The notes below the pieces were generated by a model. The model was not told the DNA's origin and did no database searches. It saw only the letters and a list, made by a program, of their open reading frames with translations. Shown piece by piece: positions 18,819 to 27,218 of a stretch of 64,000 nucleotides of DNA. The stretch comes from a virus. Where the stretch lies: positions 10,461 through 74,460 of the IMG/VR virus record IMGVR_UViG_3300013233_000167. One strand, given 5' to 3'. Position 1 is the first letter of the stretch. Each line of letters starts with the position of its first letter. Made by a program: the position numbers and the translations under genes.

Positions 18819-20737
18819 AATTCCTCCAACGTAGCGACGCCCTTCTCATGGTGCACGACTAGCAGACGATCCGTCGCTGCCTTGAGAACGTCCGAATGAG
18901 TCACGAGCGTCACAGGACAGGTAGCGGAGATCTCGTGCAGTAGCTCCACCACCGACTCCTCCCCCGCCTCGTCGAGCCCGTCAAACAGCTCGTCGGCGAA
19001 GAGCTGATCGAAGCTCTTAGCGAACCGACGGCCCACGATCTCACGGAACGCAAGCAGAATAGCGAGGTCGAGACGCTTTCGCTGACCCTTCGACGCGCCC
19101 GCATAAGTGATGGTGCATCCCGGGATTACGGCCACGACGCTCAGCTCCTCGCGCTCGCCTCCGCCCTTGAGCTGCCGAGTAGCTGACAGCCTCACCGACG
19201 CCCCCGAGCCCAAGAGCCGCTGCGCGAAGCGCGTGGCGACCCGATTGATCTCCGGGATCTCGTTCTCGATCAGGAAGCTCCTGAGCCCACCGGGGCCGAA
19301 GCCCTCGACCCAGAACTCCAGCCAGTCAGCGGTTAGCTGCATATCCGCGTCCTCCAGGACGCTCACCTCCAGAGCTTCCCGGAGCCCCAGGATGCGGTCC
19401 TGGACGGCCTCACGTCGCCCCTGTGCGCGTTCGTGCTCTCGCAGGGCTGCCGCGACCGCCTTGGCCCGGCCCTCCACGACGCGCAGCCACGCCCGCAGGT
19501 CGGCCTCCCACTCCCGCAGCTCTCCCTTGGCTGCCGCAAGCTCGGGCAGACTCGGCGGAGCAGGCTCGCGGAGAGCCGTCAGCGAGTCTCTCAGGGCCGC
19601 CTCCTCGCTCCTGAGCGCCTCCACGTCGTCCCGGGCAGAATCACGCAGTACGAGAGCCGCACGCTCTGACCGCAGCTTGAGCGCCTTGGGGACCGCCTGC
19701 TCGCAGGTGGGACACTTGCCGCTGAGCTTCCCCCACCGCTTGATCGCCTCTTGAGCCGCGCTCGCGTCCGCACTACGCGCTCCCCGCTCCTCAGCCTTGG
19801 ACCGGCGCTTCCCCTCCAAGCTCCGGCGCTCCATCCGGTAGGCGTCCTGCGCCTCCTGATGCGCGTCTCTCACGCCCTGCGCCGCCTCTTCCTCGGCCGC
19901 CACGCCCTCTTGAGCCACCTCGACCGAGCCCTCGATCCTCTCCTGCTGGATGGCCGACAACTGATGCAGCATCCTGGATCTCTTCCACCGGAACTCCGTG
20001 TCGTCCTCGTCCTCATCCACGAGCCCCGCCAGAGCCGTTTCCTGTTCTTCGATCCGGCTCATCAGGGTGGCGCGCTTCCGATCCCCGACCGCCAGCTCTT
20101 CCGACAGGTCCCGCAGTCGGCTACGCGCGCGCACCTGCGCAGCCGCGTACATCTCCATCCCGAGCAGCTTGTCCAAGATGGCCTTGCGCTCCGTGTCGGT
20201 CGCGGAGAAGAAACTCTTCACGTCCTCGCGCGCCCCAAACGCGATCGACGAGATGAACGCTCGGTAGTCCATGCCGAGGATGTCCTTGATCGCGGCGTTC
20301 GTCATAGAGTCCCGCCCGCGCGTCACGTCCTCGCCGTCCACAATGAGCCGCGCCTTGTTGCCCTCGATCGGGTGGCCCCGATACCGCTCGATCCGCACCG
20401 GCACCGTGCCGCCCACGATGTTGACAACGCCGTAGCTTCCGTCCGTAGGTCTGGCGGGCCTTCCCTTCGTGTCGGTAATCAACTCGACCTCGCCGCTGCC
20501 CTTGGGTCGAAACAGCAGCCGGATCAGATCGTCCTTGCCGTAGCGGTCGCGCAACGGTCGATCGAAACACACCCACGACAGGCCGTCCAAGATGTACGAC
20601 TTGCCCGCGCCGTTTGACGCGCAGCCCGGGTGGTCGTGCATCACACCTTCGATGCCCGTAAGTCCAGGCTTCGATAAGTCGAACTCGACGTGCTCGAACG
20701 GGCCGAGATTGTGAAGGATCGTGGGGCCGAACTTCAT
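18815..20737 (-). CDS. sbcC: SbcC/Rad50 (T4 gp46-like) recombination ATPase
   Basis: Walker A SNGAGKS, coiled coil, CPTC zinc hook, SKGQ signature, LFADE Walker B, VTH. Confidence 0.9.
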   Translation of the reverse strand: MKFGPTILHNLGPFEHVEFDLSKPGLTGIEGVMHDHPGCASNGAGKSYILDGLSWVCFDRPLRDRYGKDDLIRLLFRPKGSGEVELITDTKGRPARPTDGSYGVVNIVGGTVPVRIERYRGHPIEGNKARLIVDGEDVTRGRDSMTNAAIKDILGMDYRAFISSIAFGAREDVKSFFSATDTERKAILDKLLGMEMYAAAQVRARSRLRDLSEELAVGDRKRATLMSRIEEQETALAGLVDEDEDDTEFRWKRSRMLHQLSAIQQERIEGSVEVAQEGVAAEEEAAQGVRDAHQEAQDAYRMERRSLEGKRRSKAEERGARSADASAAQEAIKRWGKLSGKCPTCEQAVPKALKLRSERAALVLRDSARDDVEALRSEEAALRDSLTALREPAPPSLPELAAAKGELREWEADLRAWLRVVEGRAKAVAAALREHERAQGRREAVQDRILGLREALEVSVLEDADMQLTADWLEFWVEGFGPGGLRSFLIENEIPEINRVATRFAQRLLGSGASVRLSATRQLKGGGEREELSVVAVIPGCTITYAGASKGQRKRLDLAILLAFREIVGRRFAKSFDQLFADELFDGLDEAGEESVVELLHEISATCPVTLVTHSDVLKAATDRLLVVHHEKGVATLEEL

Positions 20738-21414
20738 GGCGTCCAGAGAACTTCCGTCGTTTTCCTATGCGTCGCGCCCACTACCGTCGTCACCGGCTGG
20801 AACGGCAGCCAAGAAGCTCCGGCGCTCTCACATACCATCACTTGACCCTCACGAGCGCGGCACCAACACGCCAATCGTCGGTAGTCTGCTATTCGATGTG
20901 GATACTGCTTTCCTTGATCGACATACGGAGGGTCGATAAACCATGTTGCCGTCACGTTCGGTGCCTGCGCGTAGTCTCCGTGAATCACCTTCCAGTGTCG
21001 GATGTACTCCACCTGCTGCGCCAAGCGATCACGAGCGGGCTCTCCCCATGTTCCGAACCTTCGATTGGACGCGCGACCCCCCATCGTGCGCTTCGGCACC
21101 GAACTGCCTTGATTGATCCAGAACCCAATCAACCACTTGGCCTCGTCGCACACGTTCAGATCATGCACGTCGTCGCCGATTTCCAACAAGGGCAGTGCCG
21201 CGATCTCGTCCGCAGGCGTCCGAATGAGATATGACCAGATTCCCGCCACGTATGGGCTCGAATCTACCAAGACCACCTTCCGCTCAAAGTGACGGATTGC
21301 GTACCCGGCGGCCCCTGCAAAGGGCTCGACGATCATGTCATACTCCGGATTTGGGTAATGCGTCGCGCGCATGAACTTTGCACCGAAGTATAGAATGAAC
21401 ACGCGCAGTTTCAC
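20734..21414 (-). CDS. DNA adenine methyltransferase (Dam/D12-like)
   Basis: YFGAK, EPFAGAAG, IDPPY and TEVLW motifs; GTG start overlapping the upstream stop. Confidence 0.85.
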   Translation of the reverse strand: MKLRVFILYFGAKFMRATHYPNPEYDMIVEPFAGAAGYAIRHFERKVVLVDSSPYVAGIWSYLIRTPADEIAALPLLEIGDDVHDLNVCDEAKWLIGFWINQGSSVPKRTMGGRASNRRFGTWGEPARDRLAQQVEYIRHWKVIHGDYAQAPNVTATWFIDPPYVDQGKQYPHRIADYRRLACWCRAREGQVMVCESAGASWLPFQPVTTVVGATHRKTTEVLWTP

Positions 21415-21686
21415 CACGAGTGACCCTCCAGCTCGGCGCGTTCGAGACCAAGCTCCCCGGAGTCGGTGAGGCACGCCTTGTGGTACGTGACGCCCTTCTG
21501 ACCGATAAGCTCCGAGAAGACCGACCCCTGCTCGCTGTCGAACGGATAACACAGCTTCAACGCACCCTCTTCGTCCTCGATCCAAAACGCAGGTGGATAT
21601 CCTTTAGGGCGCGTGACTTTGACGACGAACTCTTCCCTCGTGTAGACCTCATCAACCAATCTCGCCTTCGGCACCTTCACCATCAC
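21411..21686 (-). CDS. small hypothetical protein
   Basis: SD GGAGG; coupled. Confidence 0.6.
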   Translation of the reverse strand: MMVKVPKARLVDEVYTREEFVVKVTRPKGYPPAFWIEDEEGALKLCYPFDSEQGSVFSELIGQKGVTYHKACLTDSGELGLERAELEGHSW

Positions 21687-21925
21687 GAAACCTCCCCAAC
21701 AAGAGCGTTCGTATAACCTACTGCGTCACCATTGATACAAACGATATACGTATTCCAACCGATCCTCCAATCGAACTTGTACGGCTTGACCTCCACAGTT
21801 GCATGCGCAGCCTCCGGCCAACTCTCCACGAGATGCGCGCGCAACGCCTCGAAGTCGGACAACTCAACGACCTCCTTCATCGACGCTACTAAACCACCCC
21901 GATGCGGCCGATATTTGAACATCAC
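21683..21925 (-). CDS. small hypothetical protein
   Basis: YRPHRGGL...D.RIGWNTYIV; flanked by duplicated junctions. Confidence 0.65.
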   Translation of the reverse strand: MMFKYRPHRGGLVASMKEVVELSDFEALRAHLVESWPEAAHATVEVKPYKFDWRIGWNTYIVCINGDAVGYTNALVGEVS

Positions 21926-22920
21926 AAAACCTCCTGTAGCAGTTCGAGCCCGAGCGTCACCAGCTCTTCCGACCCCTCGGCCTCCGTGTGCGCAACATAG
22001 CGACGCAGCAACTCCTCACTCGTCTCCGCCGTCGAGACCTCCAGACGCGGCGGTTCCTCATCGTCGAACGTGATGGCCTCGCACTCCACCCACGCGGTCT
22101 TCTGCTTCGCATGAGCGGTGAGCGTCTCTGCGAGTCCCGGATCGCTGCACACGCGCACGAAGTCGCCCGCTTGAATGGCCTCGATGTCGGACATGTCCTC
22201 GACCTTGTGGAATCGCGGCGACATCTCGTTCTCGATGAACTCGATCTCGTTCGTCTCCGTGTCGAGAATCCAAAATCCGCGCACACCATCGGCGTCGCCG
22301 AAGTGATGCTGCATCGGCGCACCCGCGTACTGAATATTAGGGCTGAACTCCATCTGCTCGTGAATGTCGCCGAGGAAGATCCGGTCCCACCGCTGCGGTC
22401 GTAGATCCTTCTTCGCTTTGCCCACATCGGCCGGTACTGCGCCCTCGATCATCGTGTGGCTGAACAGATAACGCGCCTCCTTGGTACGTGATACCTCACC
22501 GATCGCCTTCCGGTAGGCGTCCGGGTCGTCGATCCACGGCACGTACGCGAACGGTCCATCGGTGCCGGGCTCGTCCCACACCTGCACGTTGCCAAGGAGC
22601 GCCTGGAGGGAATTGATCGACGCCTCGCGTCCGTAGATGTCGTGGTTGCCCGCGAGCGCCGCCACCCAATTTAGCTGTTCGGCCGCGTACGCGAACGCGC
22701 GGCACGTCCGGTCGAGTACCGGAACCGGGATGGACCGGCGCGGGTCGAAGATGTCGCCGAGCGCCAACAGCCCTTCGCACTCCCGCTCTACAGCGGTGTC
22801 GATGATCCACAGGAAACACCGCACCTGATCAGAGAGCCTGGACGTGATGCCCTCTTCGGTCATGTGCGAGAGCTTCGACTGCTCGGCGAACTGCTGGTCG
22901 CCCGTGATCGCTACCTTCAT
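21922..22920 (-). CDS. sbcD: SbcD/Mre11 (T4 gp47-like) metallophosphoesterase nuclease
   Basis: TGDQQF, LGDIFD, AGNHD, FSH and LGDIH motifs; start MKVAI at 22920. Confidence 0.88.
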   Translation of the reverse strand: MKVAITGDQQFAEQSKLSHMTEEGITSRLSDQVRCFLWIIDTAVERECEGLLALGDIFDPRRSIPVPVLDRTCRAFAYAAEQLNWVAALAGNHDIYGREASINSLQALLGNVQVWDEPGTDGPFAYVPWIDDPDAYRKAIGEVSRTKEARYLFSHTMIEGAVPADVGKAKKDLRPQRWDRIFLGDIHEQMEFSPNIQYAGAPMQHHFGDADGVRGFWILDTETNEIEFIENEMSPRFHKVEDMSDIEAIQAGDFVRVCSDPGLAETLTAHAKQKTAWVECEAITFDDEEPPRLEVSTAETSEELLRRYVAHTEAEGSEELVTLGLELLQEVL

Positions 22921-23348
22921 GCTTCTTCGTTTACGGTTCCCACGACCGGCAGCTTGCTCAGTCGATCGAAGTCCTTGTCTTCGCGTCGTACCCACTTGCC
23001 CGTGATCGGCTGGGCAGCCTTCATGCCGGACGCTGAGATCAGCACCCACTCGGGCGTGTGGACAATCCGCTTCATCGCCTTGTGGTCGTTCGCCGACATC
23101 GTGGGCCAATCCGAGAAGTCGAACTGCTTGACCTCCTGGTACGCGACGCTCGTGTCCCAGCCGCGAATCACACCGGGGCGTCCGTACTTGAAGATCAGCT
23201 TCTTGAACTCTTCACCGAGTTCCACGCGTGCACCCGCGAGCGATGTGAGGTCCATCGTGCAGACGTTGCCGTCGATGCGCGTGTGGTTGTGATGCCGAAC
23301 GGTCTGCCACCCGGAGAAGATGTCTGCGTCACTTAGAGATCCAAGCAT
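22917..23348 (-). CDS. hypothetical protein
   Basis: SD GAGG before MLGSLS; coupled. Confidence 0.6.
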   Translation of the reverse strand: MLGSLSDADIFSGWQTVRHHNHTRIDGNVCTMDLTSLAGARVELGEEFKKLIFKYGRPGVIRGWDTSVAYQEVKQFDFSDWPTMSANDHKAMKRIVHTPEWVLISASGMKAAQPITGKWVRREDKDFDRLSKLPVVGTVNEEA

Positions 23349-24316
23349 ACCTCGTACCTCCTTCCGTCGCATTCGCCTTCCGTGGGTCCAACCCACGTCG
23401 CGGGCACGATGACGCGCTTTCCATCCGGGTACTTCTCGCGGTCGAACTTGTACTTCTCCGATCGCAGAATACGAAAATGACGGCGGCGCGAATGCGGCAC
23501 AGGCGACTTGTGGCTCGACTCCGGCATCCCGAGCTTCTCACGTATCTCGTGCGGCTGTAACAGCACGTACTGGTCGCGCTCGTGGCTGCGCAGGAACTCC
23601 GGCCCCTTGGCCTTCTTCTTCCTCGGACGCTCGGCGCTACGCTTCACGACGAATCTATTCGGCGTGTTGAAATACGCGACCTCTTCGAGCGCGGTCTTCG
23701 CATTGATGGCGGCGCTGTGCGACATGCGCGGCCAATCACCCGACTTGACGCATAGCTGTCTCCACTGCGACGGCGACAAGTACATCTGCTTCTTGTCCGC
23801 AACGAACGCGAGCCCGAGTTCGGACTCGTAGCAGATTGACGGAGCGCCCGTCTCTTCATTCGTGCCCATCCACGCCCGCTTGATGCGCGACACCGTGACC
23901 ATGCTCGCCGTCCGAGGGAGACTGTCCGCGTTCTTCTTCGCCAGCTCCGCAACCTCCGCCCCGTCGTATCCATACTCCTCGGACGACGTGCCCATGAGGA
24001 AGCTCTCGATGAAGACGCGCTCGCAGTTGAGCCCTGTCTGTCCCGGCTCCGCGTCGATGATAAGCAAGACAGATGCGGTGTCCTCCACGGCCACTATGGG
24101 GAACGGCAAGAAGAAGTTGTTCATCACGAACTCCACGCCGCCCACCATCCCGTAGTCATCCATGCCGCCCTTCGCCTTCGCGTCCTCGGCCGCCGTGGTC
24201 TCATGCCACCGCTGCGGGAAGTCGAAGAGCGCCGCTTTCTTGAGGTAGCCGCGCAGTTCCGCGCTCGGGAACTGACGCTCCACCACGGAGCACAGACGAT
24301 CGAAAAACCTACCCAC
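23333..24316 (-). CDS. hypothetical phage protein
   Basis: C-terminal SPVPHSRRRHFR...VPATWVG motif of a type seen in phage hypotheticals. Confidence 0.7.
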   Translation of the reverse strand: MGRFFDRLCSVVERQFPSAELRGYLKKAALFDFPQRWHETTAAEDAKAKGGMDDYGMVGGVEFVMNNFFLPFPIVAVEDTASVLLIIDAEPGQTGLNCERVFIESFLMGTSSEEYGYDGAEVAELAKKNADSLPRTASMVTVSRIKRAWMGTNEETGAPSICYESELGLAFVADKKQMYLSPSQWRQLCVKSGDWPRMSHSAAINAKTALEEVAYFNTPNRFVVKRSAERPRKKKAKGPEFLRSHERDQYVLLQPHEIREKLGMPESSHKSPVPHSRRRHFRILRSEKYKFDREKYPDGKRVIVPATWVGPTEGECDGRRYEVCLDL

Positions 24317-24785
24317 GGGTCGTCTCCGGGAGCAGGAGTCTCGGCGTCTTGTTGCCCTCGATCGCTTGGACGATCTTCGGGATGAGATTCTCGGCGACGG
24401 TCGATCCGTCCGGCAGAACGAGGTGCGCAAGGAATGCTTCCTCGAACGTCTCGATCTCACACTCGATCGCTTCCATCTTCGCCTTGACGACGAGGTTGAG
24501 CGCGCGCCACCGCTGACGCTGTTCTTGCTCCCACGCCTTGAGTGACTGCGCGGTAGAGCGCATACGGCCGGTCTCCGTCAGCATGAACTTGTCGTCCGAC
24601 TGATCCGGGACATCGACGAAGAAGCGAACGTGGCGACCATCGAACTCGAACGCGACCATCGCCTTGCCCTGGCCCTTGTGCCATCCAGTCTGGAAGCCGT
24701 CCGCTCCGTAGCGCGTCAGCGTCCGTTCGATCTCCGCCTTCGACCTCTCGACGGAGACGCTGGTATCCTGTGCGTAGCGACCCAT
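24309..24785 (-). CDS. conserved phage hypothetical protein
   Basis: YAQDTSVSVERSKAEIE..L.RYGA...WRAL.LVVKAKMEAIE..IETFEEAFL.H pattern. Confidence 0.75.
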   Translation of the reverse strand: MGRYAQDTSVSVERSKAEIERTLTRYGADGFQTGWHKGQGKAMVAFEFDGRHVRFFVDVPDQSDDKFMLTETGRMRSTAQSLKAWEQEQRQRWRALNLVVKAKMEAIECEIETFEEAFLAHLVLPDGSTVAENLIPKIVQAIEGNKTPRLLLPETTRG

Positions 24786-24795
24786 AAGCGAAATA

Positions 24796-25800
24796 CTACC
24801 GTGACGCCGGGACTTTTCCCCTCTTCGGACGGGCATTTTTTGACGCACGAGAGAACGGGCGTGTGTACTTCGTGTGCGATCCGATTTGCAAACCAAGCCC
24901 TGCGGCCTTTAGAACGCGGCAAAACGCCTTCCAATCGACCGCCGGGGGCTCCTCGTCCACCCGGGAAATCAAGGAGTCGGTGGGGCCGAACGAAGTCCGC
25001 AGGTCTATCCCCTGGATGACGCGCTCGATGCGTTTCCGGTCTCGAATCAGATGCGCCTCAGCCTTCGACCGACGGGTCCGCGTCCCCAGGAACGCACACA
25101 GAGACGCGAGCTGATCGTGAGGCTCGCGGCAGATACGGATGTCCCAATGAACGCGCTCGAACAGCTTGGGAAGCGTCTTCTTCCCCATGCCGTGCACGCC
25201 CTTGATCTTGTCGGACGGGTCGCCGAGCAACGCCTTGTACAGCAGGAACGTGTCGGTCGAGACGCCCGTGCGCGCATAGAAATTGCCCGCGTCGATCATC
25301 TCCTTATTCGTAAGATCCCAGACACGAGCGCCCCATCCAATCGTCTGCCACATGTCCTTATCGGACGTGACGATGATCGGGCGCTCGCCTCGGTCGATGT
25401 AGATGCGCGCCAACGCACCCAGCACGTCGTCAGCCTCTCGCTGTCTATAGCATAGGCACATCACGCCGAGCGTCTGGAGGGCTGCCTTGACTGTGCGAAT
25501 CTGCTCGAACGCCTCGATCTTCTGATCTTCCGTCTCGAACGGGTACGCCACCTCGTCCGTCTCCGGCTTCTCTTTGTAGCCGGGGATCAGTCGGTAGCGT
25601 CGCGGCGGCGGCGAGTGGTCAAAACACGCGACGATCCGTCCGGCCTGCACGGCACGCTCGCCCAACAGACTGCTCAGCAGATTGAGCGATCCGTGAACAC
25701 CTCCCGTGAAGGGCAGGTCGTTCGCAACCTCATCAACTGCCGCCGCCATGATGCAGCGCACGATGATCGAGTTGCTGTCCAAAAGAAGAGGGTCCGACAT
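24796..25800 (-). CDS. 5'-3' exonuclease / flap endonuclease (T5 D15 / T4 RNase H-like)
   Basis: LLLDSNS, CFD, EADDVL, TSDKDM and LLGDPSDKIKGVHGMGKKT motifs. Confidence 0.9.
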   Translation of the reverse strand: MSDPLLLDSNSIIVRCIMAAAVDEVANDLPFTGGVHGSLNLLSSLLGERAVQAGRIVACFDHSPPPRRYRLIPGYKEKPETDEVAYPFETEDQKIEAFEQIRTVKAALQTLGVMCLCYRQREADDVLGALARIYIDRGERPIIVTSDKDMWQTIGWGARVWDLTNKEMIDAGNFYARTGVSTDTFLLYKALLGDPSDKIKGVHGMGKKTLPKLFERVHWDIRICREPHDQLASLCAFLGTRTRRSKAEAHLIRDRKRIERVIQGIDLRTSFGPTDSLISRVDEEPPAVDWKAFCRVLKAAGLGLQIGSHTKYTRPFSRASKNARPKRGKVPASR

Positions 25801-25815
25801 AACAAGCCTCGATCT

Positions 25816-25832
25816 CTGGACCCAGCGTCCAG
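25816..25832. promoter_or_regulatory. 17-bp imperfect palindrome, copy 2 (between parB and the exonuclease)
   Basis: TCTGGACCCAGCGTCCAGG, identical to 3389-3407. Confidence 0.7.
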
Positions 25833-25888
25833 GCGTAGATGCCGGGGGGCCGAAACCCCCCAACTCACGCTACGACCGAGAGGCGTCC

Positions 25889-27133
25889 CTACTCTTCGGT
25901 GCTGCGTGCTTCGTGGCGCGCAGCTTCGTTGGCGACGATAGTGTTGAAGATCTCGTTGATCTTCTTGTCACGTACCGGATCCTCCATCTCCTCCTCGTGG
26001 ATCGAGGGGAGCAGCAGCTCCTCAAGGTCTCCACGGCACCACAGTAGAGCGCCAAGCGCACCACGAACTTCATGGTAGTCGATGCTTCCGATCTCGTCAC
26101 CCTCGGCACTATTGAGCGAATAAGCGAGCGATCCGATCTGGAGCTTCTTCTCTGTCGGAGGACGCCACGCAACCGCAGCGCGCTCCGCAGGCTTGCCGCC
26201 CTTCGTCTTGGTCGCGTCCTTGCCGGTCGTATCCTTCGTGACCGCTTCACGCTCCAAACGCTTACGCTCGCGGCGGATATCAGCGGCCGACGTGTGCGGA
26301 CCGACCTCGTTCTCCATCGCCTTCTGGATCTTCGGCGGGAGGCGATGCAACTCCAACGCGGCCTTAGCGGAGAACTCGCCCGTAGCGACCTTCTCCTGAA
26401 TCGTCGTGCTCGTGTCCTGGAGGTCGATCGAGCGCTGCACCTTCTTCGGGTGCAGACCCATCTCCTTCGCCACGCGCTCCGGCGTCCAGCCCTTCTTCTG
26501 GAGACGCACCACCTGACGCCCGATGTCGATGATGTTTAGGTTCGAGCGTCCGTCCGGCGAATTCTCCGCGACCGCAACCGCGATCGCCTTGTCGTCGTCA
26601 CCTTCGAGGTCTGAACGGATGATGATCGGGACATGAGCCCACGCGCGCGTGCCCACCGCCTTCGCGGCCTTGAGACGACGCTCACCAGCGACCAGCTCGA
26701 AGTTCTTACCGTCACCAGCGGGGCGCACAACCAGCGGCTCGATGATGCCGTCGGAACGGATGCTGCGCGTCAGCTCCGTAACGTCACCGACGCCCGCACT
26801 CCTCACGTTCTGTAAGAGCTTCACCAGCTTGATGCGCGAGCCCTCGACGAACCCAGATGCAGCGCGCTTGCTCGGCTTGCGTCCGTCGGCGGTGATGACG
26901 TTGACGCCGTTGATCTGATAGCCGTCGGTCGGCATCCCCTTCGGCATAGACGCGGGCGCTGCCTTGCGCGCCGTCTTCTTCTTGGCGACCTTCTTGCGCG
27001 CAGTCTTCTTCTTGGCGACCTTCTTGCGCGCAGTCTTCTTCTTGGCGACCTTCTTGCGCGCAGTCTTCTTCTTGGTGGCGGCTTTGCGGACGGACGCCTT
27101 CTTGGCGACCTTCTTCTTCGCAGTCGTAGTCAT
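25889..27133 (-). CDS. parB: ParB-family protein with histone-like N-terminal repeats
   Basis: SIRSDGIIEPLVVR, LVAGERRLKA, AVAEN..R.NL and HTH TPERVAKEMG motifs. Confidence 0.88.
   Translation of the reverse strand: MTTTAKKKVAKKASVRKAATKKKTARKKVAKKKTARKKVAKKKTARKKVAKKKTARKAAPASMPKGMPTDGYQINGVNVITADGRKPSKRAASGFVEGSRIKLVKLLQNVRSAGVGDVTELTRSIRSDGIIEPLVVRPAGDGKNFELVAGERRLKAAKAVGTRAWAHVPIIIRSDLEGDDDKAIAVAVAENSPDGRSNLNIIDIGRQVVRLQKKGWTPERVAKEMGLHPKKVQRSIDLQDTSTTIQEKVATGEFSAKAALELHRLPPKIQKAMENEVGPHTSAADIRRERKRLEREAVTKDTTGKDATKTKGGKPAERAAVAWRPPTEKKLQIGSLAYSLNSAEGDEIGSIDYHEVRGALGALLWCRGDLEELLLPSIHEEEMEDPVRDKKINEIFNTIVANEAARHEARSTEE
26963..27075. repeat. 30-bp tandem repeat (~3.7 copies) encoding KKKTARKKVA
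   Basis: Read directly. Confidence 0.9.
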
Positions 27134-27218
27134 AGTTGGTTCTCCTCAGCGTTGTCCGAGGGCAGAGTTAGGAATTCGGTCTTAGCGGTAGGTAGGATCG
27201 GGCGAAGGGCCTCGGGTG

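Noticed and set aside
8688-24801. Shared CGGTAGTATT(T)CGCT at the stops of 8696.. and 24796..
   Set aside because: Only two short imperfect copies with no shared -35 element; cannot be separated from chance.
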